A program made the translations under genes and the position numbers. A DNA stretch of 62,908 nt, counting the filler, from Rhabdomonas costata (Eukaryota), in NCBI GenBank assembly GCA_019059605.1. It is 35 parts of 35 records of this genome, joined end to end, with 100 filler letters (N's around TTAATTAATTAA, not from the genome) between each part and the next. Parts side by side here need not be neighbours in the genome. Positions count along the whole stretch, not along the records: positions 10,803 to 12,503 come from JAHMHO010010422.1; positions 12,604 to 14,304 come from JAHMHO010010423.1; positions 14,405 to 16,105 come from JAHMHO010010424.1; positions 16,206 to 17,906 come from JAHMHO010010425.1; positions 18,007 to 19,707 come from JAHMHO010010426.1; positions 19,808 to 21,506 come from JAHMHO010010427.1; positions 21,607 to 23,307 come from JAHMHO010010428.1; positions 23,408 to 25,108 come from JAHMHO010010429.1; 27 more parts are not named here. One strand, given 5' to 3'. Within the stretch, counting starts at the first letter, position 1. Every line of letters starts with the position of its first letter. Positions 10,838 to 24,100 of the stretch are shown one piece after another. Below the pieces are notes generated by a model. It saw nothing but the letters and a program-made list of their open reading frames with translations. It searched no databases and was not told the DNA's origin.

Positions 10838-13800
10838 TAGCATAAATACGCGCACATAGCTTGCTGCGTTCGAAGAGCTCAAGTATTATCCAAATGGATC
10901 AGGGATGGTACTGAAGCCGCAGAGCATTGGTGTTTCTTGTCCACCAATACGTTTTTGGGAAGCCGATTGTAACGTACAATCGTAATCTGCTTCTACCACA
11001 GACGAGAGGTGGTAAGGCTCCTTCAACGGATTTCACCTTGCACACGCAGGCCGCTTCAAATACCGATTGACACGCTCAGTCACAGAAAACCCCACATCTT
11101 ATGAACGGAAACGTTTTTCCTTTCCCATTTTAAATTGAAATTGATTTTTTAAATTTTCTTTTTTGTACATTCGTGCAAGATAGCGGGAAATTCATTTTCG
11201 CACCATCAGAAATGGACTGGGACTGGGGTGCCGGCTAATCTCTATTAGAACTCCCAGGTGGGTCAGGAAAGGTGAGGAGTGGCCGATTTTGGAGCGAAAA
11301 AAGGAAACGAAACAGCCCACTCGTACTTCCCAAAACGGCGAGGTTGCCATCATTCAGAAAGACCACGGAAGAGCGCCGATCGTGGGTGTGGGACTGCAGA
11401 CTTGCTCTCCGCTCCTCCAGGAAAGCCTGGGATACAACACACGAAGAAAAACAGCCTCGGATGTCCAGTGTCCGGAATGCAAATGCAAGAAGAAGGGGGA
11501 GGGGAGAAGACGTTTGACGAAAAGCGTCGGTCGGGCGCGTGGTTAACGCATGATGTCAGGGACAGATAACAGGCTCACAGCGGAAAAAGACGGGTGCATA
11601 CGAACCTGCTGGAGTGAATGGTTTCTTGTCTTGCCCTGCCATTTTCTTTTTTTGCAATTTTAGAAATGCACGACCGGAAAAAGACTCCCTTCCCAATGGT
11701 GGCGAGCGGAGATATAGCAGCAGAGCACGAGACTTCAAGAACGGGGACGGAGAGGAGACCATTAGCAGGCTGGCCTTGCGGTCGTCCACGAAGCACTCCG
11801 CCGGGAGTCCCGTTACCACAGAGGTGGCCATGGAGCGCCTCCGAGAACTAGCACTGGGCGCACCCACACACTTACATCCACGATTTAAAAAAACAATACC
11901 TCCATCGCTCAACAACAAAGTAGGCAAGAAAGTCCCGCGATGATCAGAAACGTACAGTTCTGGGTGTTGGGCACCACATGTCAGAGAGATAGGTCATGTC
12001 CGGTCTTGCGGGAGCACAAGCTAAACGGATCCTCGTGGACCCGGTCCCCCCTCTCTTCCACGGGACGCATACCGACTTGTGTTGGGGTCGGGGTCGGGCT
12101 CTGACCCCGAGGCCTCATCATCCTTTTCCGAAGAGCTTTGGTCGGTCCCCTTGATGGGCTTCACTGGGGCGTGCCCTTTGCATGGAAGCAAAAGCAGTTC
12201 AAGACAAAATTCCCCAAAACACAGTCGCCCCCCGCGTGGATCGAGGAAGCAAAGCCTGAGCAAAGCACGGATGCTATAGCGCCTGCTTCCGATTAGAAAA
12301 TGTGCAAGGGTCTTTTCATTCTCAGCGGATCCCTCGCACAAAGCTTTCAACTAATAACATGTACCTCATACCGAAAGCAAGCGAAGTGCACGGTGAGCAG
12401 AAAAGAAAACCAGAGAGCACAAGGGGGCATACTTTCAAGATAGGACCAAACCTTCTTCGGGGAAACTTTCGTCGCAGTGTCGGACTCTCCTGACCCAACA
12501 AACNNNNNNNNNNNNNNNNNNNNNNNNNNNNNNNNNNNNNNNNNNNNTTAATTAATTAANNNNNNNNNNNNNNNNNNNNNNNNNNNNNNNNNNNNNNNNN
12601 NNNGGTTTGTATGCACCAGACACTCACGTGGGCACACCGTGCATTCCTCTACGTGAGCGTCTGGTGAATACAAACATTACAAACATTGAGCCAGAAAAAA
12701 AAGAGGTCTGACCTTTCTGAGTGACCGCTTTGCTGAGGTGGGACTGATTAAGTGGACTCTGGAGCCCCCAAGGGATGCCTCGCTCTCAGCATCCTGTGGC
12801 ACATACGGGGACAACGTTTATAGGGACCCCTATGGTTCCGCAACAGAGGTGCAGTTCTTGGCGGCTTTGCAAAGGAAGCATGTTCGCCTTTTACAGTGAC
12901 TTTACTTTCGTGTCCTGTAGTCAAGCCACTTGCAGGTGATTGGACCTTCCACTTCGCGACCAGGGTGGTTGGTTGGCTCAAGCGTGTTTCTCAATGGCAA
13001 GATTGGTTCCCGTTTTACACGGGTGAATACCAGCTGCTACTTGACTTCCATTGCTACTATTGCTACCGGTTACAGCGGCTGTACAACCTTGCGAAAGACA
13101 AATGTCAAATAACAAACAAATGACAAATGAAAAACAAATGACAACTGTGGGCAACCCTTGGACGTGTTTTTGGTGATCACCTTTTAATTGCCGTCACAGT
13201 GGGCTGTGGAAGTGCCACAACCACACTCGAGATGCTCTTTTCGACATCCCTTTCCGTTGCATTAAGACTTTGGAGCTGTGATCCACAGTGGGTTTCCTCT
13301 CCAAGCTATTTGCTCTGCACAAGGGCAATGGGCCTTGCCAGAACCCCCTTGCACCCCCCACCCTTTTTCATGCAACGCTGGGGATGGATAAGGTGAAAGA
13401 TCCGGAAACGTGGACCCCAAGTGCCCAAATACCAGCAGCGTTTGGGGAGGCCTCCTTGTGTGCGCGCGCGCGTGCGTGCGTGCAGAAACTCCAAAAACCC
13501 TCAGGACAGTGAAGAGGCAAGATGGAAGGACAGAATCCGGGCAGAAACACACTTCGCACAGTTAGCGTGATGATGCACACTTTCATTGTTGTGTGAAATG
13601 GAGGTTGGGCGAAGGTCCTAAGTTGTGTACACGTGGAGAAGAAGAATGGTGTCATTGGGTGAGTTGTTCACGCAGGAATCGTTTAGCTAATCGCAGAAAC
13701 GATGCTGCATTGCTTTACGAAAACAGCTGTTTTCCCTCATCGCTCAGAGCATGCCTTCTTCAAGCTCTTGTTGGTGTACCTTCGAAGACGTGACGTTTTT

Positions 13801-16800
13801 TGTTTGTTTCGCTGTTGTTGGTGCCGTGGTATTTATACACCGTCCCATTTCAAACCAGCTCACCCCTTACACGGGCATTGGGTCTGCTTTTGGGGTGCTA
13901 CCGAACGTTACCGTGGCCCTTTATCCGTCTTTGACAAATGCCAGCTCATCCTCTCAGCGTATACTTTCACCTGCAGGGTACGTCTGTTCTGTATGTGATG
14001 CAGGGTTGCAATGAACTTTCAATGGAATTTTGGGTTGAATTGCGTTGAATTTTATCAACGGGAATTCACGGAAATCCGGGGCATGCTCGCACAATAGGGT
14101 GCGAATTGTGCCATCGGGACGGCGCACCCGCAAGGCTCAGTCACGAACAATAATCACATTGGTTCTGCACGCAGTACACCACCAGCACTTGCAGCGACAA
14201 AAATCTAAGGGGAGGAGAGAATGAGAGAAAGAGAGAATGATAAAACCAAGGAAGAACAAGCATCAATCAAGAACAATCAAACAAACAGGCCGCGGTGCGG
14301 CGCANNNNNNNNNNNNNNNNNNNNNNNNNNNNNNNNNNNNNNNNNNNNTTAATTAATTAANNNNNNNNNNNNNNNNNNNNNNNNNNNNNNNNNNNNNNNN
14401 NNNNGTGGTGTGTGGGGTCACAAAGTGGTGATTGAGTCGCATGCAGATGTCGCTGTGTAGTAAGGAATAGATCGGTATCGGCGCCCTACACTTCGTAGTC
14501 TCCTGGGAAAAATCTGTGGTCACTCGGTAGATCTTGTGGTTGTGGTTGCATATCTGGTCGGGAATTTTGCGCAGGTGTTTGGTTTTTGGGTTCTAGGTTT
14601 GGATTTCGGTCTTCGGGTTCGGAGTCGTGGTTGGGAATTCGGGTTAGGTCTTTTGTTTTTGATTTTAAACCTCGGTGTTCGGTTTATTCCTTCGGTTTGT
14701 AGTGGGGCTGGTGGTTGTTAGCTGTCAGCGGTAGTGGTTGCTGGTTCTAGTGCTTTAGAAATTATGTTGATGCTACATTGGGACATTAGATATTGTGTTG
14801 GTGAATCTACGTACGTTTGTCTTCCTCTGGTTTTCGTTCTTTTGTTGTATCTGTATCGATCAAACACCATGCCCTCTCTACACACCAGAAATAGTGGCTC
14901 GCTTTTCCTCTCCGCTCTACACCACCAATCGTTGCATGTACTTGGTTTTCGTCTCTGTTGCTGTGTCTCGTGGTCATTTACATGGTTTTCGGTTAGCTCT
15001 TCCGACAATTATGATGATGATACATTGTGATTTGCTCAAAAAGGCCGCTAGTATGCTATCTGCATTTCCTGAGATATGGATGTGTGTGTCTCTGGGGAAG
15101 TTTACGTGTAGGTGAAACTGGATAGCCATGTGGGAGGCATTGGTGGAACATCTGTCAGTATCTGAGGCGTGTACACATTGGAAGGCGTTCGGAAGTGGAA
15201 GGTAACTATTGGGTGACGCATGCTATGGTTAATTTCAGCCTCTGTGATCTTGACATTGCTTGAGCTGGATGAACTGGTGGCCTTTGGTGTGTACTCGGTG
15301 ATGTAAGTGCAAATGAACGTCTGTGGTGGTAGTACTCGATCCACGTGACCAACGATGCACTGCACTGAGATTCGTAAACTGAGAGGAGAGGTATCTGTCG
15401 AGGCGATCCTGTCGTCCAGATTGTAACCTCTTAGCTTCTATCCTGGATTTCTGCTGTCACTTCGGTGATTTTTCTTCGTGTGTAGATCTTTGTGTCCTCA
15501 TTACGACATGAGTATGTAGCTTGCATCCAATCTAAGGCACTCACTTGTACCGTAGAGTAGGATGCAAGCCACGCTGGATGTCATGGCAAGGCTCTCTTGG
15601 TGCGGAAGTTTGTACTGTCAGATCTGTGCAGCGTTGGTTTCATGGCGTCAATTCAACGTTATTGTACAGCCTCAGACCAGAGCAATGCATCTGATTGTGA
15701 TGTATTGCCTTTGTTTGTTTGTTGGGCTCATTTTGATTGTTGGAACCACGTGGAGAAAGTGGGTAAGTGCGACATCAGCTGGGTTCTGTAAGAGCTTTGT
15801 GCCCTACATACTGTGATGTATGCATCTACGCTATCTGCCTCCCAGCTGTGACATTGCAGGGCGTACATATCTAGTAGAATGTCCGGTAGTGTGTTGTTTT
15901 GGTACACAAATGTGGTCATTGTGCGGAGATCCAACGTTTTGGCATGATTATCAAGTTATTAGACCATGGTGGCTATGTGTAGTGTTGTCGTGGAGAAATG
16001 GTATTTATTCCAGGACTCAAACACCAAACATCTTTATGACACACTCCGCTACCTGAACTTACACACATCACACGTACACCATGTCTCCACGTAGCAACAT
16101 CAAAGNNNNNNNNNNNNNNNNNNNNNNNNNNNNNNNNNNNNNNNNNNNNTTAATTAATTAANNNNNNNNNNNNNNNNNNNNNNNNNNNNNNNNNNNNNNN
16201 NNNNNGAAAGGGAAAGGGAAAATGTGAAGAAAAATGGAGAACAGGTGCCGTGGTTTTGGCGTGATTCAGAAGGGGGCAAATCATGAATGTACCCGGGGAG
16301 GAACACGGATATTGTAAGGGTGGGAAATGATGGAAGTGGGGAGGCGGGCTTGTGTGCTAAGTGCTGCGTGGGGTGTAATCGCAAAGACGGCTGTATGGAC
16401 AAAGAATGAATTAATGTCAAGCAGTAAAAACAAGGAACACAACTACGTGTGCTACGTGGGGTCACCAAAGAAATTTACAAGAAGAAAAGCGAAAAATGTG
16501 AGCGACGAAACAAAACAAGGGCACTAAGTACAGTTCTAAACCGAAAATTGCATTCGTCAGAAAACCCGACCGAGAGTAAACCAGGAAGAGGGAGGGCGAA
16601 ATCAGGGGGAAACTAGGGATAGCTGGACAAGAATCGAGGGTCAAAGTTAGGACGGATAGGTGGGCGGAAAGATGACAAAATCGAATTACGGATTAAGTTA
16701 ATAGAAGGATGGAAGGACGACCGCTTGATTGCAGAGCCGGCAAGGTGAGAGGACAGACACTCCACCAGACACCACAGAAACAAGCGGGAGAGGACCCAAA

Positions 16801-18019
16801 CCTACACAGGCTCCCAGGAAGCGGTGAGAGGAGAGGGTGGAAAAGGGGAAGGCCCAATGGTAAGGCCGAGCCTCATGCTCAAGTCAAGAAGTTGAACATA
16901 GGGCCAAAAGACAAGATATGGAAACTTTTTATAAAAGAAATTGAGCTTGTTATTCGCAACCCCCCCCCCGGGCTACGAAAAGTCTAGCTCGTCGGGCACA
17001 ACCTCACGACTCAGCTGCCTCCCCACCGCTTTCGCCAAGCCTCCCTGCTGAGGGGGCCCGTGGATGTCTGGAACGGTATGCTCTGAAAAGACGCTGGAGG
17101 AAGGCCATGGAAGCAGAGCCCCATCCCCCCTTGGTCTCCCCGACGGCCAACTCCAGTGTGATCCCGGCGCAATGGCACGAGTCAGAGTATTGCTCTGACT
17201 TCATCGCTTTGCGCTGCGTGGCGACCAGCCCTGATTAAAGGACACACTAAGTGGAAGAGGGTGGACGACCCACGCGTCCACTGCAGCCGACACCTCCTCT
17301 GTCGAAGCCCCGGATGAGCAGGTCGCCTCGTTCCACATTTGCTCTGCGTGCTGGGATACCGTCTGCGGCTTCGGCGAGGTGCCTTTGGCTGAAATAGTGC
17401 AACTGCAACAATTGCGTTTATTTGCATTTGACGCGCTGACATCTCTGAAACAGGATGGGAATGTGTGCGGAATGAGGATGGCGGACGAGGCTCTGCTCGT
17501 CCTTCTGTTGCTTTCGGCGACTGCCCCTCAATCCTTGCTAAATTCCGCCTGCAGCTGCAGGGGATACATTGATGGGTCCACTTTCAGGTCCACCCCGCGT
17601 TCGAACCCGAGGCGCTGTACCTCCAAAACAAATTGGGGCCCACAAGGCCTTACACACAATACACTTACACTATACACACACACACACACACACCACGAGG
17701 CAGTAGCACCCCTGTGTGTGCTGTGCACACAAAAGGAACAAAATAAAAGCTGATCTGGAGCTGTGCAAAATTAACACAGACGAAGCGATGGGTTTCCTAT
17801 ATTTTGACATTCTGATGGGACGGGTCCCGAAAGCGTATGTTTTCATCAATTTAAAGGTGGAAAACGAATTATGGGCACCGTATTTTGTGTGTACAACACA
17901 GGCCCCNNNNNNNNNNNNNNNNNNNNNNNNNNNNNNNNNNNNNNNNNNNNTTAATTAATTAANNNNNNNNNNNNNNNNNNNNNNNNNNNNNNNNNNNNNN
18001 NNNNNNGTTGGGGGGGGGC

Positions 18020-18040
18020 GGGCATAATGCACTTATGCCC
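18020..18040. repeat. Short palindromic dispersed motif GGGCATAA-TGCAC-TTATGCCC after a G-run (copy 2)
   Basis: 8-bp inverted repeat, differing from copy 1 by one indel in the core. Confidence 0.7.
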
Positions 18041-18839
18041 TTATGATCTTTTTGGTGATATTACTTGACGTTCTGTGACGTTCTTCTGCGAAATAGTGTG
18101 GATTGCAAATACCGACGTTACGCCATGCTGAGATTGTAATTCCCTCCGGAGTAGTACTACGCAGTCATAAGCACTTAACATAGCAGTGTGCTCCCCTTTT
18201 AGTGGCCTGCCAACATTCGTTGTACGTTCAGAGGCATCTGCTGTATTGAAATCACGATTTGTTCTAGCGTCCCAAGAAAAATTATCGCCTGAACTTGTCA
18301 TTAACGCAACACGCTTTCCGTGGATCGTTGCTCATGGGTGTTGGTGCCAAGCAGCGGTTCTAGCTTGCCCGGTCACATGGTCACCATTTTGCTGAGGACG
18401 GTGGGGAGACGATTGTCATTTTTGCACTCCCTCTGAGGGCTGCTGCCTTTCGGACGGTCATTAGGGAGCCGCTGTTCGGAGGTGGTCCGGAAATGTCGTG
18501 CCGATTGTCTTAGCCTAGGCTAGCACTGGAACGCGTAGACTGGGTCGGGAGACCGGAAGCGCTATATGTCTCGGAGCAACTGTTCCTCTGCGTTGCCGCC
18601 AACTGGAAGCTCGAAGGTGCTGTGCTCAATCGATCTTCCGTCTGAATTTTCCGCTTAGGGGCTCACCTGGAATATTGGCCGGAACCAATTTCTAAGGCGT
18701 TGACCAAGCAGTTGGCGAGTGGCACAGCTGGGTTTACCGCCAGATATCCCGGCCTCCCCCGTCTGTCGCTTTGCCCTTTCCTCCTTTTTCCTCTGTTTTC
18801 CCGCGACCCTCGCCGGTCTGTTTTTCACCCGTGCGTCAG

Positions 18840-19229
18840 GTGATCTTCATTGACGAACTGGACGCCGTGGGGTGCAAGCGTAGCACCATGGAGGTCACCG
18901 GGGAGCACACCCGGACGATCAATCAGCTGCTGGCCGAGATGGACGGCATGGTAACCACCAACGTGGTGTGCTAATGGGCTTGCCTGCGTGTGCCTGGGCT
19001 CTGTACATCTCCGCATTTTTCACGTTTCTTCAACGGAACGCTGGCTGCGATTCCCGCCTGTTGGTCCGTTGCTGTTTTGTGGTTTTATGCGCTCTCCCTT
19101 TGCTCCTTTTTCTTGCTTTTTTTGTTGTCCCTTGGCAACGCTTCCGCTCCAATTCAGATCATTTTTGCCGCTACCAACCGGGTGGACTTCCTGGACACTG
19201 CCTTGCTCAGGCCCGGCCGCTTTGACAAG
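18840..19229 (+). CDS. FtsH/AFG3/YME1-type AAA+ ATPase domain (partial; exons 18840-18965, 19158-19229)
   Basis: VIFIDELDAVG (Walker B)...RTINQLLAEMDG...V|IIFAATNRVDFLDTALLRPGRFDK (second region of homology). GT-AG, phase 0. Confidence 0.92.
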
Positions 19230-20132
19230 GTTACTTGAATGCAGCTCTTTGATTCCGGCCGTTCTTTCTCTTTCCCTCACATTCTCTGCCTTTGAAATCG
19301 GTCTGAGCTAAGCCTTGCTGTTTTTGGCTTTGCCTTCGGTCGCGTTCAAGGAAGGCGAAGGGGCACGACGAGGAAGGATGCGTGACGCCCACTTCTGTAG
19401 CAAAGGTGGAGCAGCATGGTTTGATGATGGTTTTGATGATGATGATGGTGGTGGTGGTGGTTTGTGTAATGTTCATGTTACACTGGGCTGGACCTAGGTT
19501 TGACGAAAGATATAGCCCCTATTATCTCAGAAGGAAGAAATATGGGTGTGCACATGCCTGTATACCCACATAAAGTGATAGGGGTAAGAACATTCCTAAA
19601 AGAAGCAGAAGCAACTCCGTATTAGCAGGAGTTTTTTCACCAGCCCTTTTTGCTTGTCCGAAAATGCCTCATTTAGAGTGCACCTTTCTCGATTGTTAGG
19701 CTCGCCCNNNNNNNNNNNNNNNNNNNNNNNNNNNNNNNNNNNNNNNNNNNNTTAATTAATTAANNNNNNNNNNNNNNNNNNNNNNNNNNNNNNNNNNNNN
19801 NNNNNNNTGGTACCTCCACCTATTGGGGGGGTGATTTTGGCGTAGGGTGAGATGGGTGAGATGACATCCCCCGAATGACGATCACGCAAACTGCGGGGGT
19901 TGTTTTTTGTGTAGAAGGGTGAGATGACACCCCCCCCCCGATTGACGATCACCTCTCGACCCGGATATGGTTTCCTATTTCCCGGTAGTACCTCCCCTCC
20001 TCTGCCATCCGTGAAGTAAGTGCGTTGCAGGCGGTGAGAGGTGGGGCAACTGGCAGCATTTGCTCAAGAAGCAGAGGAGTCAAGGAGTCAAGGAAGGAGA
20101 AAGGGGGAAAGGAAGGTGGTGGTAGGGAATGC

Positions 20133-21186
20133 CTTGTACAGGTCGGCTATGGGTTCGATGACACGCCCCTCTCGGATCATCTCCTGAATAATCGGCACCC
20201 TGCAGAAGAAAGGCACGCACATCATCACAGGCGCTGCGCTCACGGCCGAAGACAGTTTTTCATGGAAAGACTCACGATTCTCTTCCCATCATCAGATTTC
20301 CTATCCCGTCGAACTGAGGCATCCCTGACCTGAAATACTCCTGCGACGTCCACGGAATGGCTTTTTTCAGCGCTGGAACTCAACGTGGAAGAAGAATTCC
20401 AATCAGGGATGACTTTATTTTCTTATCTTTATACTTTCAGCTTTTCGCCCTTTCACCTTTTTCTTCGTGTTTTCCATGTTTTTAAACTTTTCCTGACCAA
20501 TCGTTCCCAATGGGCAACTGGACACTGGGAGCTGTTTTCCCATGTTTTTCCGGTCTCGCATAAATCACAGCCGCTGCTTTTGTGTTTTCGAATCATGAGA
20601 GTTTCCAAAAATGGTAATCCTGCAAGGCACCGCAGAGCACGATGCCCCGCACCTGTTGTGGTGAGTCTTGATCACATCGGAGCGCTTGGTGCCCCCGGAC
20701 TCGATGGTGTCGGGATAGATTGTGCCCTGGGCCAGCAGGAACTTCTGCAGCCCAAGCTTCTGCGCCATCTCCTGTGGGTGGATTCGAATTTTCTATTTCT
20801 CACATACCCCGACATTGAAAGGGGCGTGACATAAACATTAATTCGGAATCTCACTCGTGTGAGCAGCTGAAAGGATAAAATGATGATGAGTTTTCGCAGA
20901 GTACGAGACTGAGCATGAAAAGCATGAGACTGCGGGAGGAACGCCAAACGTCATGGCCCACTTTTCCCATCTTTTGTTCCGGGTTACTAAAACTCCATTT
21001 TTCTCCACTTAAAGTTGATATCGGAGCACACTGTCATGCCTGAAAGACGGTGATGAAGGTGTTGCCGATGATCAGTCGCTTCTTCTCTGGGGCCACCTCC
21101 GTGCCAACGGCCCGGAGGAAGGTCTCTGAAGAGTCACTGAAGTGCACGTGACGGCTCACGTCGTGCTCCTTCAGCGCAGCAATCAC
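20133..21186 (-). CDS. GMPS: GMP synthase, ATP-pyrophosphatase domain (partial; exons 21186-21040, 20771-20653, 20199-20133)
   Basis: ...[80 protein letters not shown]. Contains the diagnostic [14 protein letters not shown] and IKTHHN motifs. Donors at 21039 and 20132 are GC. Confidence 0.96.
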
Positions 21187-24100
21187 CTGTCAAGCGCAAG
21201 TATAGAGAGGGCTACGCTACGCTGAAGCAGGCCTGGGGTCTTTTGCACATACAGCCACACGCAAGCAGACATTTTTTTAGGTGGTTGATAAGGACGCTTG
21301 TCCACCCCCATGGATAGGAAAAGTGCGATCCTCTGTTCAGTTCAACCAAATTCAATATTTGCCCAGTTCAGCCGTTTAATTCGATTCCAATACAAATCCC
21401 ACAGAGGTTTTTTTTGCTTCAGCTTCATCAGATTGCCTCGGTGTGGGTTCAACGAGTGGTCGCCCATGCTCAAGATTTTCCCCCGCTTGCCCAGTCACCC
21501 AAAACCNNNNNNNNNNNNNNNNNNNNNNNNNNNNNNNNNNNNNNNNNNNNTTAATTAATTAANNNNNNNNNNNNNNNNNNNNNNNNNNNNNNNNNNNNNN
21601 NNNNNNACAAGGTTTTTGGAGTGAAAGGAGGAGGGAGTGTAAAAATGAGGGCAGGCTTCACTGCACTCGATGTGATCGTGGATCCAGGCCCCTATCGCTC
21701 AGCTCGGCGACAATAACAGATTCGTCACATCGCACTTCCTATCTATATTTTTTGCTTGTGGTTTTCCTTTCTCTGCTGTTTGGGAAAGGACCTCGGTGTG
21801 TGCTTCAAAAATTGAATGAAGTCCCCCGCTCAGGGGACTGGACTGTTTGCCCTGGGTTTAGCTGCCGCATTCCCGGCCGATGCACGTAGTATACACTTTT
21901 CTTACTCGCGAGCCCGGAGGGAGCGACTGGGTACATCGCTCCCTGTTTCACTGCAGCCCCGGAAGTCTGCAGCTACCAGGTTGCGCACACTCACCGATGT
22001 TGTCTGTGCCCGGAACGGGCGGCACAGGTTGTGTGTGCTCGTGTGCGTGTGCGCCTGACAGTGCCTGAAATATCTGCACCAATGCTTTCCCTCTACACCC
22101 AACTCAGCCTCAGCGTGCTTGGGTGTGCCTTGTGCAAATGGCGCACATGTGAGTGGAATGGGCTGCCTCTCCCTTCTGCAGAGAGGAGGGGTATCGTTTC
22201 TGGAATCCTGTTGTTTCGCAGATGTGGAGGCCAAAGCTCTGCTGGGCTCCCCCCTTCAGCCTGTTTTTCGAGACATCAAGCCTGCGGGTGCCGGGCCGCG
22301 GGCAAATGGGTCTATGCAGCCGCCCACCAAAGCCCTCGCGCGGTACTGAGGTAACAAAATTTACGGTGGGTTTACCACCGCCACCACGGCCTGCTTTGTG
22401 GCCCTGGGCCCGATGCAATGGCGCTCTGCGCGTTGCCTTGACTGTACATTCTGTACATCATTATCTACTATTTTTGCTTCTGCTTGTTCTGTGCCTTTGC
22501 TTGAAACTCAACGAAGTCGTTGCAGTTGCTCGCGAGTACACAAGTACTGTGTGCTGGCCTCCTGCGGGGATGAAATTTCCGCGTTCTGCTTGTTCCGCTG
22601 AGTGTATTCATGCAATGCCACTCAGCAGCAACCCACCCACTGTTGTCCTTCTGAGGTTGGGTCCGGTTGATTTTGGGGCCTCTACTTACCGGCATTCCCT
22701 TGCTTTTCTCTCCGAACGCAAATATTCCTAGATTTAACGAGTGGCTTTGTTTTAAGTCGTAGTTGTGTCGCCCCAGCATTTTGCTTTTCGATTATTATGA
22801 CTTGTGACAGGCTGGATTTCAAAAAGATAAACTGCACAGAAAAAAGTGCGCTAATAATTTGATATATCCGGTATGCTACTTTGTACCACTCCTGGTTCCA
22901 GTCCTCTCTGCCACTTTCCGGAAGATGAGGCATAGAAAAGCCGATTGCGGCCCTTCCGCGGTTTCTGTTTCTCTTTTGTGGAAGTATACGTATCCCCTCC
23001 TGCAGGCATGCCGGGTATTATGTTGTTTCTCAATTCAGGACACCCTTCCCAATCACCCAGCTGTCATTGACCCAGTGGGAGAAAGGGAGTTCGTGCGGAA
23101 GAATTTTGGAACAACGAAAATCGACTTACGCTGAACTGTGCGCGATGAGGAGGATGCGTGCATGGCTGCGTGGATGCTTGAAATCGTTTGTTTCGTCTCC
23201 GCATATAACTTTCTTGCAGACAGCTGCGCGGCAGCAATTTCCTATTCTCCTCCCGTGTCTTGCCTTCCTTTCTTTCTTTTCTTGTCTTCTTTCTTGCCCC
23301 CACACAANNNNNNNNNNNNNNNNNNNNNNNNNNNNNNNNNNNNNNNNNNNNTTAATTAATTAANNNNNNNNNNNNNNNNNNNNNNNNNNNNNNNNNNNNN
23401 NNNNNNNGGACGTGCTGCATCAAGACTTCGGAAGGACCTCAGTGATGCAAGGAGGATGGAGGGCATGAACACTGTCAGTTTGGTAAAGTAGGACTGGCCG
23501 TGGAGGGGACGTGACAGGGCACCTGCCGTGAAGAACGGAAAAAAACGCGGAACTTGGGCGATGGTAGGAGGTTGGGCTTCGATGGGGTTTGGGTGACCTA
23601 GCGGTCCAACGGGGACCACGAGCCGCTCACGAAAGGTACGTCAGAGGAAAAAGGTCAGAAGGATGTTCCATCCCACGAGTGAACCCCCCCCCCAAAAAAA
23701 AAGATGAGAAAAAGCACGGGCAAGAATGATAGGTTGACGGGGGTTGCGGTTTGGACGCAGACCCTCCGAGGTGGGGGTTATCACAGCTATATGAGCGCAC
23801 CTTTCCTGCACAGGAAGCAAAGGAGATTGGACTCACCAAATAGGAAATTAGGAAGTATGGAGGACAAGTATGGACAAGTATCGCCGCAGGCGTCAGGTCT
23901 TTCTCTTTCACTTCTCGCACTTCTTACTAATCCACCCCCAAAGAGAGAACACATGTGTCCAGCGCATTTACGGGCTGTGGCGCGAAAAAACAGAGCGCAG
24001 AAAACGAAGACCGGGGACAGAAACCGGCCGCACATGAGGCTTTGATACAATGTTGTGATGTGCAGGTTTGTTTCTACTGAAGACGTCTCCTTTTGCTCTT

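Noticed and set aside
12713..12723. CTTTCTGAGTG, partial similarity to a euglenid spliced leader (also ACTAACGCT at about 8691)
   Set aside because: The matches are 9-11 nt with no continuation, no donor site and no Sm-site context.
14405..16105. Strand-skewed, exon-free contig as a retroelement
   Set aside because: No RT, RNase H, integrase or endonuclease motif found in any frame I read.
17590..17620. GTTCGAACCC as a tRNA T-loop
   Set aside because: No T-stem, acceptor stem or D-arm can be built.
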